Assembly (NCBI GenBank): GCA_001643675.2
Contig: LSRY02000010.1
Span: forward strand, 1,302,001-1,366,000
Length of the DNA: 64,000 bases
DNA from: Monocercomonoides exilis PA203
Taxonomy: Eukaryota > Protista > Preaxostyla
Direction of reading: 5' to 3'
A program made the translations under genes and the position numbers. Under the pieces are notes generated by a model that was given only the letters and a program-made list of their open reading frames with translations, ran no database searches and was not told the DNA's origin. Below are positions 1 to 13,160 of this stretch, piece after piece; position 1 is the stretch's first letter, and every line of letters starts with the position of its first letter.

Positions 1-2163
1 ATTTAATCTTTTCAATTGTTTATTTGAAGAGCGCGATGTGCTTGGGGAACTTATTATCAATTAAAAAATCAAAGTGGATAGATGAGAAAATAAATCAACT
101 TGTTCTTTGCGGGAAAAATCATTTTCAAACAATAATTTCTTCAATATCTGTCAATGATCAAGATAGTTTTTCAAAAGGAATACTTGATCTTAATCCATCA
201 ACGCTAAATGCTTTTTCTCAACTTTTATTTTTTTTTGTGAATGCATCTTGCTATTCATCATATGCCCCACTTCTTTCATCGGAATGTAAGATATTTTGCT
301 TGGGCACATTATCACCTTTACTTCCTTCAAACATTCAGACTGACTCATTAACTATCATCAGAAACATTTCACATCTTCCAGAATGTGCAAAAGTTAGTAT
401 TATTTTAAATGTTTATAGTTTTTTTCATTTCCCCCTGATATTTATCAATTTGTTCAAATTTGATATTTTTTGATTCATTTTCACATATGAATTTTAAGAT
501 TGCCTTACAATCTGGCATTCTTCCATCTCTACTCCGTTTGATGAACGACTTAAATTCTTCACTTTTAAGTAAGTGTTCGGCTGTAATGATTATTGGCAAT
601 ATGTCAACACTTGACTCAGAAACTATTGCTCCGGTCTGTTGTTTGGCTTTTTCTAATTTAATAGATTAAATTATTTCCTTAAAATAAAATGTCAATTTCT
701 TAATTTAAATTATTTATTTATTCGTTTTTCGATCATCTCATCTTCGATTTTCATTTCCATTTAACTTATCTTCTTATCTTCCTTTGTCGCACATAATTGC
801 TTCCTAATTTCACCAACGCTAACAATATATGCTTCGTTCTTCTAAAAAAAACACTTTTCTTTCTTCATTTCTTTCCCTCTTTTTCATAAATCTTTAGTTA
901 TTTTTCCATTATCATATTTCTCATTCACTGATACAAGTTATCGTTCAACACGTTCCTCAGCTCATTAAAAGAGAAGCTTTATTTGCACTTTCAAACATTT
1001 GTGCTGATTCTCTCGAATTGGCGTGTGATGCAATTTATGGAGGGTTAGTTCCTATCTGCGTTTCTATTTTGATAAAATCAAGTTTGCCTTATGTTCATCC
1101 TCAAGGAGCAGTTTCATCCATTTCATCATCATCATCATCAACGCTCCCATACTCACCTTTTTGTACAGATACAATTGCGCAGGCTCCTGCTCTTTCAATC
1201 AAACCATCAGAATTTTCTTCATCTTCAGATTCTTCTCCACTTTCTTCTTCTCATTCAAGCATATCTACTTCATTTCCTTTTCCTGTTCCATTAGTTATTC
1301 CATCATATGACGATTCTTTACTTTCAAAAATTTCAATAAATCGTTTATCTCTCTCAATGTATCAAGACATTTTGTGGATCTTTTTTAACATCCTTTCTCA
1401 TCAGATCAACCCCAAAACATCTCCTGAACGTTTTCCTCATTCTTCCTCGCCTCAATCATTACATCCTCACCGGGATATTCAGCCTCAAATGATTTCATTT
1501 TGTTCATCACTTCAAATGCCAATTGAGACTGAAACAAAAGCTTTGCAAACTTCTGATTGCTCATTTCCTCTCTTCTCGATCCCAATAAGATGCTCTGCAT
1601 ATCAAGCAATAACTCAACACTTCATTCGCTGGAGAATTGCAATTCTTCTTTTATCTCTTGTCAGAATGCTAGAAGAGGAAAAACAATTTCAACAAGTTTA
1701 TCAAATATTGACATTAGTGACAATGCTACTGCAAAGAGAAGAGGAAAAATTGAAAGAAAGAAGTATTGAACATGCAAAAGAAGAGAAAGAGATTAATTTT
1801 GAAAGTTCTGTAGAAGGGCAAATGGAAATTGATAATGTTGACATCGTAAACGAATGTTGTAAAACGGAAAAGTCAAATGAAATTTCATTTGTTAATAACG
1901 AAGATTTGCACTCACATTCCTCAAGCACCATTCTCAGTGAAATAATAAACGAAGGGCATCACAATACAATAAGGGAACTTACCATGTCACCCAATGAACA
2001 AGTGAAAACCGCAGCAAAAGAAATACAAAACCATTTTCTTCACGATATACCCGAAGACGACTATGAAATAAGAGAAATAGCAGATGATGAGGATGAAATA
2101 GAAGTTGAAATTCCAACTTTTATCGACTCCAGTTTTCCAAGAATTAACAAAAAAATAAAATGA
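1..2163 (+). CDS. Importin-alpha-like ARM-repeat protein, multi-exon, 5' end probably outside window
   Basis: Exon fragments with ARM helix-3 Asn motifs (SAMCLGNLL, TIIRNIS, AVMIIGNMS, KREALFALSNICAD). C-terminus IINEGHHNTIRELTMSPNEQVKTAAKEIQNHF resembles the importin-alpha terminal repeat. TGA at 2161-2163. Exact exon boundaries not fully resolved. Confidence 0.65.
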
Positions 2164-2287
2164 AATTTAGAATAATTTTTTAAACGAAAAATCAAACTTT
2201 TCATGAGTCTTTATCTATTTTGATCAAAAAATGATCAAACCACAAGGTTCAGTTCAATCCACAATTAGTTCATTTTTTCAGCAGTAA

Positions 2288-5200
2288 ATGAATCAGCAAG
2301 AGAATTCATTTCAAGCCCAACACCAACAAACATATTCGTCTCAATATCCTCAAACAAGTGGAATAAATTTCTTCTCTCCTCCTCAACCAGTGGACCTCTC
2401 GATCTTTGAAAAGCAAATGACACCACAATCTACGCTTAATCAAGTAACTGAAAATTCAAATAAAAAACCTGGAGATTCTTTTGGTTTTTCAGGGTTTGCT
2501 GGACAGCCTCCTTCAGTGACAAATACAAAACAAATCCAGAGCTTCTCTCCTCCAGTTTCAAAACCTCCACCTCGTCCATCTCTTCCATTACCTTCACGAC
2601 CTGTTACAACTTGTATGAGCCCTCAAGCTTCTTCAATTTCAGGTCCTTCAGTAAAGCCAAATGCATCACAACAACCGTTACAACAATCACACTTATTGAC
2701 GACTTCCGCTACTGCTCCTCTACCACCTTCTTCAATTTCATTAACTTCTTTCACTTCAGCTCCTTCATCTCCAACAGTATCACCAGGTTTGACTCATTCA
2801 CCTCCAATACCATCACATCCTCATCAATCGACTGCACTGAAAGATTCTCCATATATTGCAAACTTAAGTCCTCCTCCATTCACCGTGCAACGACTTAAAG
2901 CGATTTCACATCTTCCTGCGATTCGCGTAGCGTTATTAACATGGAATGTTAATATGATTAATCCACCAAATGAAACAGACATGGATATCTTGGTGTGGCG
3001 CGTTTTTACAATAGAAGATAAAGTCCGCGAAGAAAGAGAGCGAAGGGAAAAGAGAATAAAGCGAAATTCAAAATCTTCTTCGAGAACTGCGTCAGAAGAC
3101 AATAGCGATTCAGCCAGCGAGCGGCAATCGATGCTTGGAATGGGATCTTTGGGTGCTTCCGGAGCAGTACCAGAACCGCCACCCCCTGTTCCAAGAAACC
3201 CTGTCACCGCTGGATATCAGAATTATTCATCATCATCATCATCATCTTCTTCTTCTTCTCCAATCATCGGTCGTGTCATCTCACCACTGCTCCCTCCAAC
3301 ACCGCCTTCGATGAACACCTTCCCGTCTTCTCTTGTGCTTCCTGATGTGGTGTGCATAGGCCTCCAAGAAGTCGACATGTCTGCACAAGGGCTGCTCCTG
3401 AGCGAGACAAACAAAGCACAGCCGTGGCGTATCGCGCTTGTGAACGCCTTCAACCGCGTCGGGTGCAAAGTGGCGACAGAGTCGGCCAAGCGGAAGGAAA
3501 GAGAGAAGCAAGGGTTTGCACCTGATGCCAGCGAAGGATGGAAAACGTCGTTCAACTCTCCGTTCTTCGAGGCCTACACAGGCTCCACACAGCCGACGAT
3601 CCCGCAGTCGTCGGTGGCGGGGCAACTGCAGGTGGGCGGGTACACAGCGATTGCGTGGAAGCAGATGGTGGGGCTGTTCCATGTGTGTCTTGTGCGACGT
3701 GAGCTTGACACACTCTTCCGCTTTGTGAAGGACACCACCGTCGGCACTGGATTACTAGGGCAGATGGGCAACAAAGGCGGGGTGGCGATCCGGTTTGAGC
3801 TGTGCCACGTGCCTTTGTGCTTTGTGAATGTGCATCTAGCAGCCCACCAAGGCGAGATGGAGCGGAGAGACAGAGACCAGCGAGACATCCTGTCAAAAGT
3901 GAACTTCCTGCTGTCAGACCCGTCGTCCCCCTCGGGGAGCAGCGTGAAGCGGATGGACGACCACGACGGGGTGTTTGTGTTTGGGGACATGAACTACCGC
4001 ATCGACTGCCACCTGGATGTGGTGGAGGAGTGCATCCGCTCGAAGGAGATCGACACGCTGCTCTCCTTCGACCAGCTGCTGAGGCGGAAAGGGGTGGTGA
4101 TTGAGGAGGAGCCCATCGAGCGGAGGATGGTTGCGCTGCGCGAGTGGCTGGCGCTGGGCGAGAAGCAGCGGGAGGAGAAAGAAGGAGAGGCTGAGAAAGG
4201 AACTGCCGTGCCTGCAAGCTGGCTGTCGCAGGTCGGCCCACTGCCTTCTGGCTCGATCTATGATGGCTTCCACGAGCAGCCTATCTTGTTTCTGCCGACG
4301 TACAAATACAGAGCGAATGAGAGGGACTACGACAGACGGCCGGGGAAGACGCGGATCCCGTCGTTCTGCGACAGAATCCTGTGGAAGATCAACAGAGACA
4401 TGCTGGAGTACAAGAAGAGGATATGCATGACGGAGTTTTCGAAGGCTATGTCTGCTTCTTCTTCTTCTTCTTCAGCTGGTTCTTCTTCTTCTTCTCCTGT
4501 AAATACAACTTCTTCTTCTTCTTCCTCCTCCTCATCTCCCCCTTCTTCTACTTCTCTTTCCCAACAAAGTGCAAATGAGTGTCCATTGCCTCCTCCTTCT
4601 GTCTCTTTATCACCCGCTCCTGCCATCCCACCAGCAAGAGCGCCTCCAAAACTTCCAACTTCCTCTTCATCGTCATCGTCGTTGCCATCATCATCATCTT
4701 CTTCTTTTTATCCTACTCCTTCCTCTTCTCCTCCTCCTTTGCCTTCACCTGGTTCTTCTCCTTCTTCTTCTTCTTCTCTCTCTGCATCAATGGCATCGTC
4801 CACTTCTAACCCTTCTTCTTCTTCTTCTTCTCATTCTCCTCATACTTCTGCTTCATTCACATTCTCAAACTCGACCTCTCCTCTTTCTCAATCACAAGTT
4901 CCACCAGTTGCGCCTGCATCTGTCTCCAGCATCAACTCCCGCTCACCTTCACCATCATTCTCTTCTGCTCCTTCATCATCATCATCATCATCATCATCTT
5001 CTTCTTCTTCTTCTTCCTCCTCTTCCTTCACCTCCTCCTTCCTGCAGCCCTCCCACTTCCTCGAAGACATCCTCCCCATCTGCTACAACCGCATCGACGA
5101 TCTCACTCCGTCTGACCATCGCCCTGTCTGCGCGCACTTCAACGTGTATCTTGCTCGCAATCCGCTTTACTGCCCCTCTGACGCTTTCTTCCCTTCCACT

Positions 5201-5897
5201 TCTTCTCCTGCTCCTTCGTCGTCGTTTCGCGCGTCGGCGCAGTCTTCTCCTAATTCTTCTTCTTCCTCTGCTTCTTCTTCCTCTTCCTCTTCTGCTGCTG
5301 TTTCAACAAATATGCCATCATCATCATCATCATCTTCTTCTTCCACTTCTTTTTCTTCCTTCTCTTCTTCCTCATCTGAAAAACGCTCTTCTCTTTCAAA
5401 AGACGACAAACACGACAGAATTGCCCCACAACCGCCACAGCAACAGGAAGATGTGCTGATCGATTTGTCTTCATTTGCTGAGCTGCAGACAAGTAACACA
5501 CAACACCCAACTTCTTCTTCTTCTGCTGCATCTTCTTCTGTTTCTTCTGTTTCTTCTTCTCCTCCTTCCTCTTCCTCTTTTCCTGGTTCTTCTTCTTCTT
5601 CTTCCCCTGCTCCTTCTCCACCTTCGTCTTCTGTTCCAGCCAACCCTTCAGTCATCTCTTCAACCTCCTTCTTTTCCTCTTCACCTTCCTCTTCCTCCTC
5701 CTCTTCTTCATCTTCTTCACCTTCCTCTTCCTCCTCCTCTTCTTCATCTTCTTCACCTTCCTCCTCCTCCTCCTCCTCTTCTTCTCTTCCTCCTCCAACT
5801 TCTTCTCCTCCGCCTTCCATCTCCTTCTTCACATCAACACCAGCTGTTCAGCAGACACAAACAACCCCATCAAATAGCTTCTTCTTTTCTTCCTCTG

Positions 5898-5928
<31 letters not shown>

Positions 5929-7087
5929 AACAGCAGTTTCATTTCCTTCTTCACATTCTCCTTCTCCTTCTCCTTCTCCTACCTCCCCTTCTTCTCCTTC
6001 CCCTCCTTCTCATTCTTCATCTCCATCAATATTTCCATCATCAACAACATCATCAACAGTAATATCTTCTTCTTCTTCCTTCTCCTCTTCCTCTTCCTCT
6101 TCCTCTCCTTCCTCTTCTTCTCTTCCTTCTAATTCTCTCTTCATCCCCTCTGCAGTTACTCCTCCTCCTGTTCCTTCTTCTCCTCTTTCTCTCCCTGTGA
6201 AAGATGGAACTATCACTTTCTCTTCAACCACACTCTCATTTGGCTTTGTTTCCTTTGGCGTTTCTGTGGAGTCTTCGTTTAGAGTGACGAATAATACAAA
6301 TGTGTGTGAAAGATGAGAGAGAAAATGAGAAGGCGAAAGAAAGAAAAAAAGAAAAAAGAAAAAAAAAAAGAAATATTTAATTTGCACATAGTTTTTATTG
6401 TTATTGTTGTTATTATTATTGCTATTGCTTTAATGTCTTTCTTTTTTTTTACGAATTTCATTAATTTTTATTCTCTATAAATTTTCTTTCTTTTTTTTTC
6501 CCTTTCCATTTTTATTTCCTATTTGAAACATTTTCAATTAAACCCACCAAACACCTCCTCTTCCTCTTCTCTTCCTCTTCTCTTCCTCTTCTCTTCCTCT
6601 TCTCTTCCTCTTCTCTTCCTCTTCTCTTCCTCTTCTCTTCCTCTTCTCTTCCTCTTCTCTTCCTCTTCTCTTCCTCTTCTCTTCCTCTTCTCTTCCTCTT
6701 CTCTTCCTCTTCTTCCTCCTCTCTCCTCCTCCTCTTCCTTCCTCTTCCTCTTCCCTCCCTTCTTATTCCTATCCTCCAGTCCACCATCCATCTCCACTTT
6801 GTCCCCTCTCCCGGAGAAGCTTCTGCCCTCCCCTTGTTTCTCACCACCTCTTCTCTCCACACCTCTCTCGCCCCCGCACACGTTAGAGCACTTTCCTTCA
6901 CGTTTCTTCTTCTTTCTCCTTCTCTTTCGGCGGCATGCACAGCAACACAGGGAGTGATTACACAGACGCTTTCTTTGTCTATCTTGGGATATTCGACTGT
7001 GCCGATAAGGGTGCATGCAATATATAGGCCGTCGTGCTTGGGCGTGGGATATGAGCAGATGGGTGTGTGAAGAGATAATGAGAGAGA

Positions 7088-7167
<80 letters not shown>

Positions 7168-9129
7168 GAATTTGTCACTTTTACAAATAATTTTTGAGTT
7201 GTGGTGAATCATTGAATGTTTTCTATCAATTTTTGCAGTTTAATTTTTATGAATGTGCTTTTTTACCAAATTACTGTTCGTGATTCTTTTCCTTCCTTTT
7301 CATTCACATATTATCTATTTTTCCCTTTCTCTATTTTCAACCATCATCATTTTTTTATAATTTATTTATTATATATACATATAAATATTTTAAAACAGCA
7401 TACAAAACCGTCCCATTTGACTCAATAGGCCTTCCTCTTCCACTTCCAGCTGTACTTTTGAAGCAGCACGCAGCACAAGCAACAGCAGGCCATCAGCTTC
7501 CAGCGCCTGTTTCACCTTTTGTCTCGCCTGCCTCATATTCTCTCAATGCAATTTCATTGAATTCATTGAATGCTTCTTCTTCTTCTTCTTCTATTTCAAT
7601 GAATACTTTGGGATTAGCAAAGCCTGGTAAACCGATTGTGGCTGGAGAAATAATTGCTTTGGTGACATTTATTCTGCAGCATCGGCCGACTCTTGCTGAA
7701 TGGAACAGCTTGCAGCAGATGAAGAATAACGAGTGCATGGTTTGAAGGAGATGAAGAAATAGTTGTTTATTTATTTTATATTTTTTTCTATTTGATGGTG
7801 AAAAGAAAAGAAAAGAAATGAAATTGGTTGTTATTATGAAAGAGTTAACATGTTAATAACATTATACATTCTATTCTGGATTTGTTTCAACTGTCAACTT
7901 TTGAAAATATTTTATTCAAATTTTTTTGTCTTTTATTTTTTTCTTTTTCTCTTCTTTTGTTCTTTTCTTTTCTCAGAACTCTTATCTTCCTCTTCTCACC
8001 ACAAAAAAACCTACTCAACTGCTTCTATCACATCTCAACAAGTACGGAGAAATCAAAACATCACCAGAATCCATTCTTTCCGGCAGCAACGAATTATTCT
8101 TGGAAAAGACGAAGATTAGCGGCATAGATGCTGTAATGGCGCTGTTGGTGATCCTCTCCACACTCCACGAGCCTTTGATCCCTTTCTCTCTCATCCCAAT
8201 CTGTGTTCAGGCAAGGTTTGTGGTTGTCATGAATTGGGGTTAATGTGGATATTCATTATTTATTTATTTATTTATTTATTTATTCGTTTATTTATTTTCG
8301 TATTATACAACTTCCATACAATCTTCCATTTTTTTAAACTTATTTACTAATTTCTTTGATTGCTTATTTATTAATCAATACTTCAATATTATTATTATTA
8401 TTATTATTCACTTATCAATTTTTATCTCTCCAGCCACCGCAATCTCATGGCCTGCCAAACTGCGCTTGCATCTCTTCCTCATCTGCGCTTCGATGCATTC
8501 CGCTATCTTGTTGCATTTCTCCGTTCCCTCCTCAACCCTTCTTCTTCTTCTTCTTCTTCTTCTTCTTCTTCTTCTTCTTCTTTTTCAGCATTCCCTTCTG
8601 CATCAAATTCTTCAAATCTTTCTTCTTCTTCTTCCTCCTCTTCTTCTTCATTAGCCGAAATTCAATCTGCTTGGGGTGTATCAGCTTCCCCAGCCTCGTC
8701 ATCGCCTTCTTCCACCCTTCTCTCTTCGCTTTTTGCACCTGCCATTTTCAGACTTTCTGAATCCACGCCATTGCAGCAGAAGATTGTGGTTTGTCTTCAT
8801 TATTTGATAAACATAATATTAACAATTAAAACCTAATTCTTTTTCTTTTCTTTTTCTTTTCTTTTTATTTTCTTTTATTATCTTTTTCTTTTCTTTTTCT
8901 TTTCTTTTTCTTTTCTTTTTCTTTTCTTTTTCTTTTCTTTTTCTTTTCTTTTTCTTTTCTTTTTCTTTTTTCTTTTTCTTTTTCTTTTTTTTTTTTTTAT
9001 CTTTTTTATCTTATTTTCAACCAATTTATTTCTGAAAAAAATTTATATCTTTTCATCTGAATAATTATTCTTCGCTTTTTTCAGGATTATGCAAGTCTAA
9101 CTGTTTTCCTGTCTCATTTTCTGGTGTAA
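2288..9129 (+). CDS. OCRL: OCRL/INPP5B-type inositol polyphosphate 5-phosphatase (5-phosphatase + ASH + RhoGAP-like), 6 exons
   Basis: 5-phosphatase motifs TWNVN, IGLQEV, GNKGGVAIRF, VNVHLAAH, FGDMNYRI, PTYKY, PSFCDRILW, SDHRPV. ASH exon 6780-7062 (…VHAIYRPSCLG). RhoGAP-like exons (ALLVILSTLHEPLIP, FRYLVAFLRSLL, LFAPAIFR). Exons approx 2288-6301, 6780-7062, 7429-7739, 7978-8215, 8434-8788, 9085-9129, all GT-AG; TAA stop. Confidence 0.9.
6558..6711. repeat. Intronic minisatellite, 14 x CTCTTCCTCTT (11-mer)
   Basis: Perfect 11-nt periodicity read directly, inside OCRL intron 1. Confidence 0.9.
7080..7160. repeat. (GA)n microsatellite in OCRL intron 2
   Basis: Direct reading. Confidence 0.95.
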
Positions 9130-9800
9130 TTGCGTGAGGATTTTTGGATTATTCGATAATACATACTTTTTTTAAGAACACTTTTTATTTTTCTATTAAT
9201 TTTTCATTTTTTTTCCCCAATTTTTTCATTTTTTTTAAAGACTTTCTTTATTTTCTGAGCATTTGCTTGATGTATTATTTATTAGGAGGAGAAGAGTAAT
9301 TTCATACCACTTCTCGTTCATTTTATCTGCAATTCAAAAGTTGAATGATGTAAAATTGTTGTGCTTTTGCGCCTTGTTTTCTTTCATTTTTATATTTATT
9401 TTTATTATTTATTTTCTCCGACTTTTTCTTTTTCATTTTTTTTCATTTTTGAGTTTCACCTTGATAAGTGGTTGATTGTTTTGGAATTGATAACTGTAAA
9501 AATAAAATTATTCATAAATAATTGGAAGAGAAAAAGACCATGTAAAAAAGTCTGTTTAGAACTTTTAGAATACTAATAGATAATATTTATTATATAATTA
9601 CTCCAAAAGCATTTTCAAACGAAACAACGCGAAGACTTTTCGATTTAAATGAAGAAAAATATTTTTTTGTAAATAATCAAAAAAAATAAACAAAAAATAA
9701 ATCTCAAACAAATAAACAACAAAAACCTCAAAATGTTAAAAAGAAATATAAATATGTTGTTTTTCTAAATAAATAGCGCAACAATTAAGTGAAAGTACTT

Positions 9801-12800
9801 TCACTTCGCAGGCACATATTTGTGATGTTTGCTTAGAAATTCTAAATAAATGCAATATTCATATGAAAAAATAATTAAATTTACATGAAAAAATCCAATT
9901 TTAATTATAATAATAAAAAAAGACAGACAAATTTAAAAAACAAACCATTTATTTGTTTTTTCAATTCATCATTTGGCACAAGCAATCCGCTCATTGGTTC
10001 TCTTGTCAAAGGAGATGTTCTCTTCTGCTGAAGCCACGCTTCTATTGCACTTCTTTCATATGTCTGGCCATCCTCTGCAAGCACAGGATCTCTCATAAAC
10101 TAACATAGCATTTAATGTGAAGACGTTTATTATTATTATTATTAAAAACAAAGAAACAAATGATTGAATAAGACAATTAAAAAATAAAATAAAATAAAAA
10201 ATAAAATAAATAAAATAAAATAAAAAAGCAAATCTTTCATACTTCTTGCGTAATAGGACATATAAACCCTTCACTTGCTGCTTCTGGATACAGCTGATAA
10301 AGTGACTCAGTCATCACAGTGACAGATGTCATGCTGACTTCTGAAGCAGAACCTCCTCTTCCTTCTCTTCCTTCTCCTCCTGCTGCTACTGCTGCTGTTG
10401 CTGAAACATCAGAACTTAAAGCAGAAGTTCCTAATGTTTCTGTATTTGATTGATTTGGCTGAACAGAAGGCTGAACAACCGATGGAAAGATCGAACAGGC
10501 GTTTGAGAAAGGAGGTGAAGGCAAAGAGGAGGAATTTGGTGACAATGCTGCTGCTGATGTTGAAGAAGGGGATTGTGGAGATTGAACAGGAGAAGACGAG
10601 GAAGTACCAGAAATAACAGGAGAAGCAGAAGAAGGAGGAGAAGAAGAAAAAGGAACAGGAGCAAAAGCAGGCGATGAAGTGTCTTGTGGAAGAGGAGAAG
10701 ATGTAGAAGGTGGTTCAGTTGGCAAAGAAAAAGGAATGATTGTTTGATGTGGAGGAGGTGGAGGAGGAGGGGGAGGAGGAAGAGGAAGTGGTAAAGACAG
10801 ATTTGCAGCAGTCTGAGGCTGATAAGAAAGAGGAGTTATCTGATTTGGAGAACGAGGAGGAAGAGGAAGATGAGAAGAAGGGATTTGCTGAGGCAGAGGA
10901 GATTGAGTCTGAAGTGATTTTGGAGAAGATGCAATTGAAGTAGAAGCAGAAGAAGCAGAAGCAGAAGCAGAAGAAGAAGAAGGAGGAGGAGGTGGAGAAA
11001 GATTTTGGTGAAGAGTGAAGGATGGAGGAGAAGGAGCGGAGACTGGCTGAATATCTGGCGGGCGAATCTCAGTTGCAGAATACATCCAATCAGTTGCAGA
11101 GTCATAAAGAGAAGGAGTGCCAAAGGACGGAGCAGAAGAAGGAGCAGTTGTGGAAGAAGAAGAAGAAGGGGGAGGAGGAGGAGAAAAAGGAGACGATAAT
11201 GTAGGTACCGATGAAGATGAAGGGGGTGGATGAGAAGAAGAAGACGATGATGGAGCGGAAGCTGGAGTGAAGCAAGCATCTGGTCGCTCCAATGGAACAG
11301 CAGCCGATGAAGGAATAGGAGCTACAGCAGTGTTTTGTGCACGAATCTGCTGTGCCACAATCTCATCCTCATCTACTTCATCCTCCTCGTCCTCATCACC
11401 CACTTCTCCTATCTGCTGATTCTGTTGCCTTTGCTGCTGCTGTTGCTGTTTGAGTTGACTTTTCCGCACAAGAAGAGCTCCGTTGCTTTGGTTCACCCAC
11501 ACTCCTCCACTTTTGGACGCTTTGTCAGAACTTGAAAGCGAGGAGGAGGAGGAGGAAGAAGAAGAAGAAGAAGAAGAAGTATCCTTTTCTTTTTTCGCAC
11601 CATCGTCTTTTTTTTCATTTGCTTTGTTATTCTTCTCATTTAATTCATTTACAGTAGCATTTAGTGTCTCACACGCCAATGTGAATCCCCATTTGATAGA
11701 CATTCCAATGAACAAGACAAGCTTTGCAAAGCCGCGTGCTCCGAACTGGAGCATTCGTCCAACAATCGGATGTCTTCCTTCTTTCTCTCTCGGATCTTTC
11801 TTCTTCTTCTCCTTCTCCTCCTTCTCCTTCTCTTTATCTTTATCTTTTTGGCTTCTTTTTGTGTTTTTGCCTCCCTTAGCTTCTTTTCTATAATTTGCAC
11901 CATTGCCATTTTTGTTAGGAAATTTCCATCTCTTTCTCATAACATCGTCCTTTGTCTCATCACTCTTTTTGACTTTGAGATTCATTTCCAGTTCTTCATC
12001 TGTCATTTCATTTTGATATAAATCGTCTTTCCACTCATCCCACTCGTCTTTTTCACCATCGATAATGAAACCTTCTAAATATGCTCCTTCTCCTTCATGC
12101 TCATCTTCATGTTTCCTTTCATTCATCATTCTGCTGTTGCTTGTTCTTTCAAATCTTGGCCCTCCTCTCATAACTCCTCTTCCTCCTCTTCCTCCTCCCC
12201 GGATCCCTCTTCCCCTTGCAGCAAACCTCCCATCAAATCCTCCGCCTCTTCTTTGCATCCCTCCCCTGCCTCGTGCAAGCATTTCTCTGACTCCTGGCGC
12301 AACAGTCGTCCCTTCTCCCGGAAGCAGCATTTCAACATCCACATCTCCCAACAACGAATGCACCTCTAACCTGTGCGGACGCCCACGACTGTAAAATGAA
12401 GCTGTCACTTGAATAACGCTTTGAGGCTGAAGCTGTGTGCATTGCCGTATCAATGCAGCATTCCTAACAGGAACAAGAAGTTCAATTGGCTCTTGATCTT
12501 CAAAAGGTCCAACAACAAAAATGGAAAATTTAGCTTTAAAAAAACGTCCATCGCTAATCGTAAAATTTTCTTGAAGAATTCCAGACATAGTTATTGAATT
12601 TCCTTTCCAATGCTTTTTGAAGTAAGTTTTTGCCAAATTTTGAGAATCGGTTCCAAAATGAAAAAGAAAATCAGAATACGAAAATGTACGATCGGGCTCA
12701 TTATTCTTATTGAATGGAAGTGCCTTTACTTCATGATTTTTATAATATCCTGAAATAACATATTTTTTGAATAAAAACGCAAACAAATTATAAAATAAAA

Positions 12801-13160
12801 TCAAAAACGAAAAGACATGTTCAAACCATATGATTCGAGGGTTCCACAAAATCTTGCAATTTTTCCGACAATGAACGGATTTTTGTAAGTTGTTCGGACT
12901 TCTGGTGTTAAAAAAAGAGTTAACTCTGAATTTGACCACTCAGAGTCTGTAGGATTCATCCAAAATTTAATCCAATTTGTCGAGCATTCTCTAACCATTC
13001 CTGACCATTCAACAACTTTTCCTTTGAAATGATGTTGAAATAATTGTTGTAAATTATCCTCATAAGAAGCAGAGCATTGTTCAATGTAGTTTTCCCAATT
13101 AATGATTGGCTTATCTGCGTATGGATATTGATAATGAGGATAAGAACAATTATTTCCCAT
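9801..13160 (-). CDS. U-box E3 ubiquitin ligase with N-terminal tandem OB-fold-like repeats, RGG tract and long low-complexity linker; 4 exons
   Basis: Spliced C-terminus FICPITQE|FMRDPVLAEDGQTYERSAIEAWLQQKRTSPLTREPMSGLLVPNDELKKQIN|EFLSKHHKYVPAK* is a canonical U-box. Two ~110-aa repeats (FKGKVVEWSGMV / WKGNSITMSGIL). Start taken at MGNNCS (13160); in-frame ATGs also exist at 13208/13205. Confidence 0.85.

Noticed and set aside
6512-6957. ORFs with (SSSSLPLLFLF)n or (KRKRRGREEEE)n repeats
   Set aside because: Translations of the intronic 11-mer minisatellite; the true exon starts at 6780 in another frame.
10237-12939. 900-aa ORF taken as a complete protein starting MVKFRV
   Set aside because: Its first ~63 codons are an off-frame reading of exon 1 plus intron; the gene starts upstream and continues into two U-box exons.
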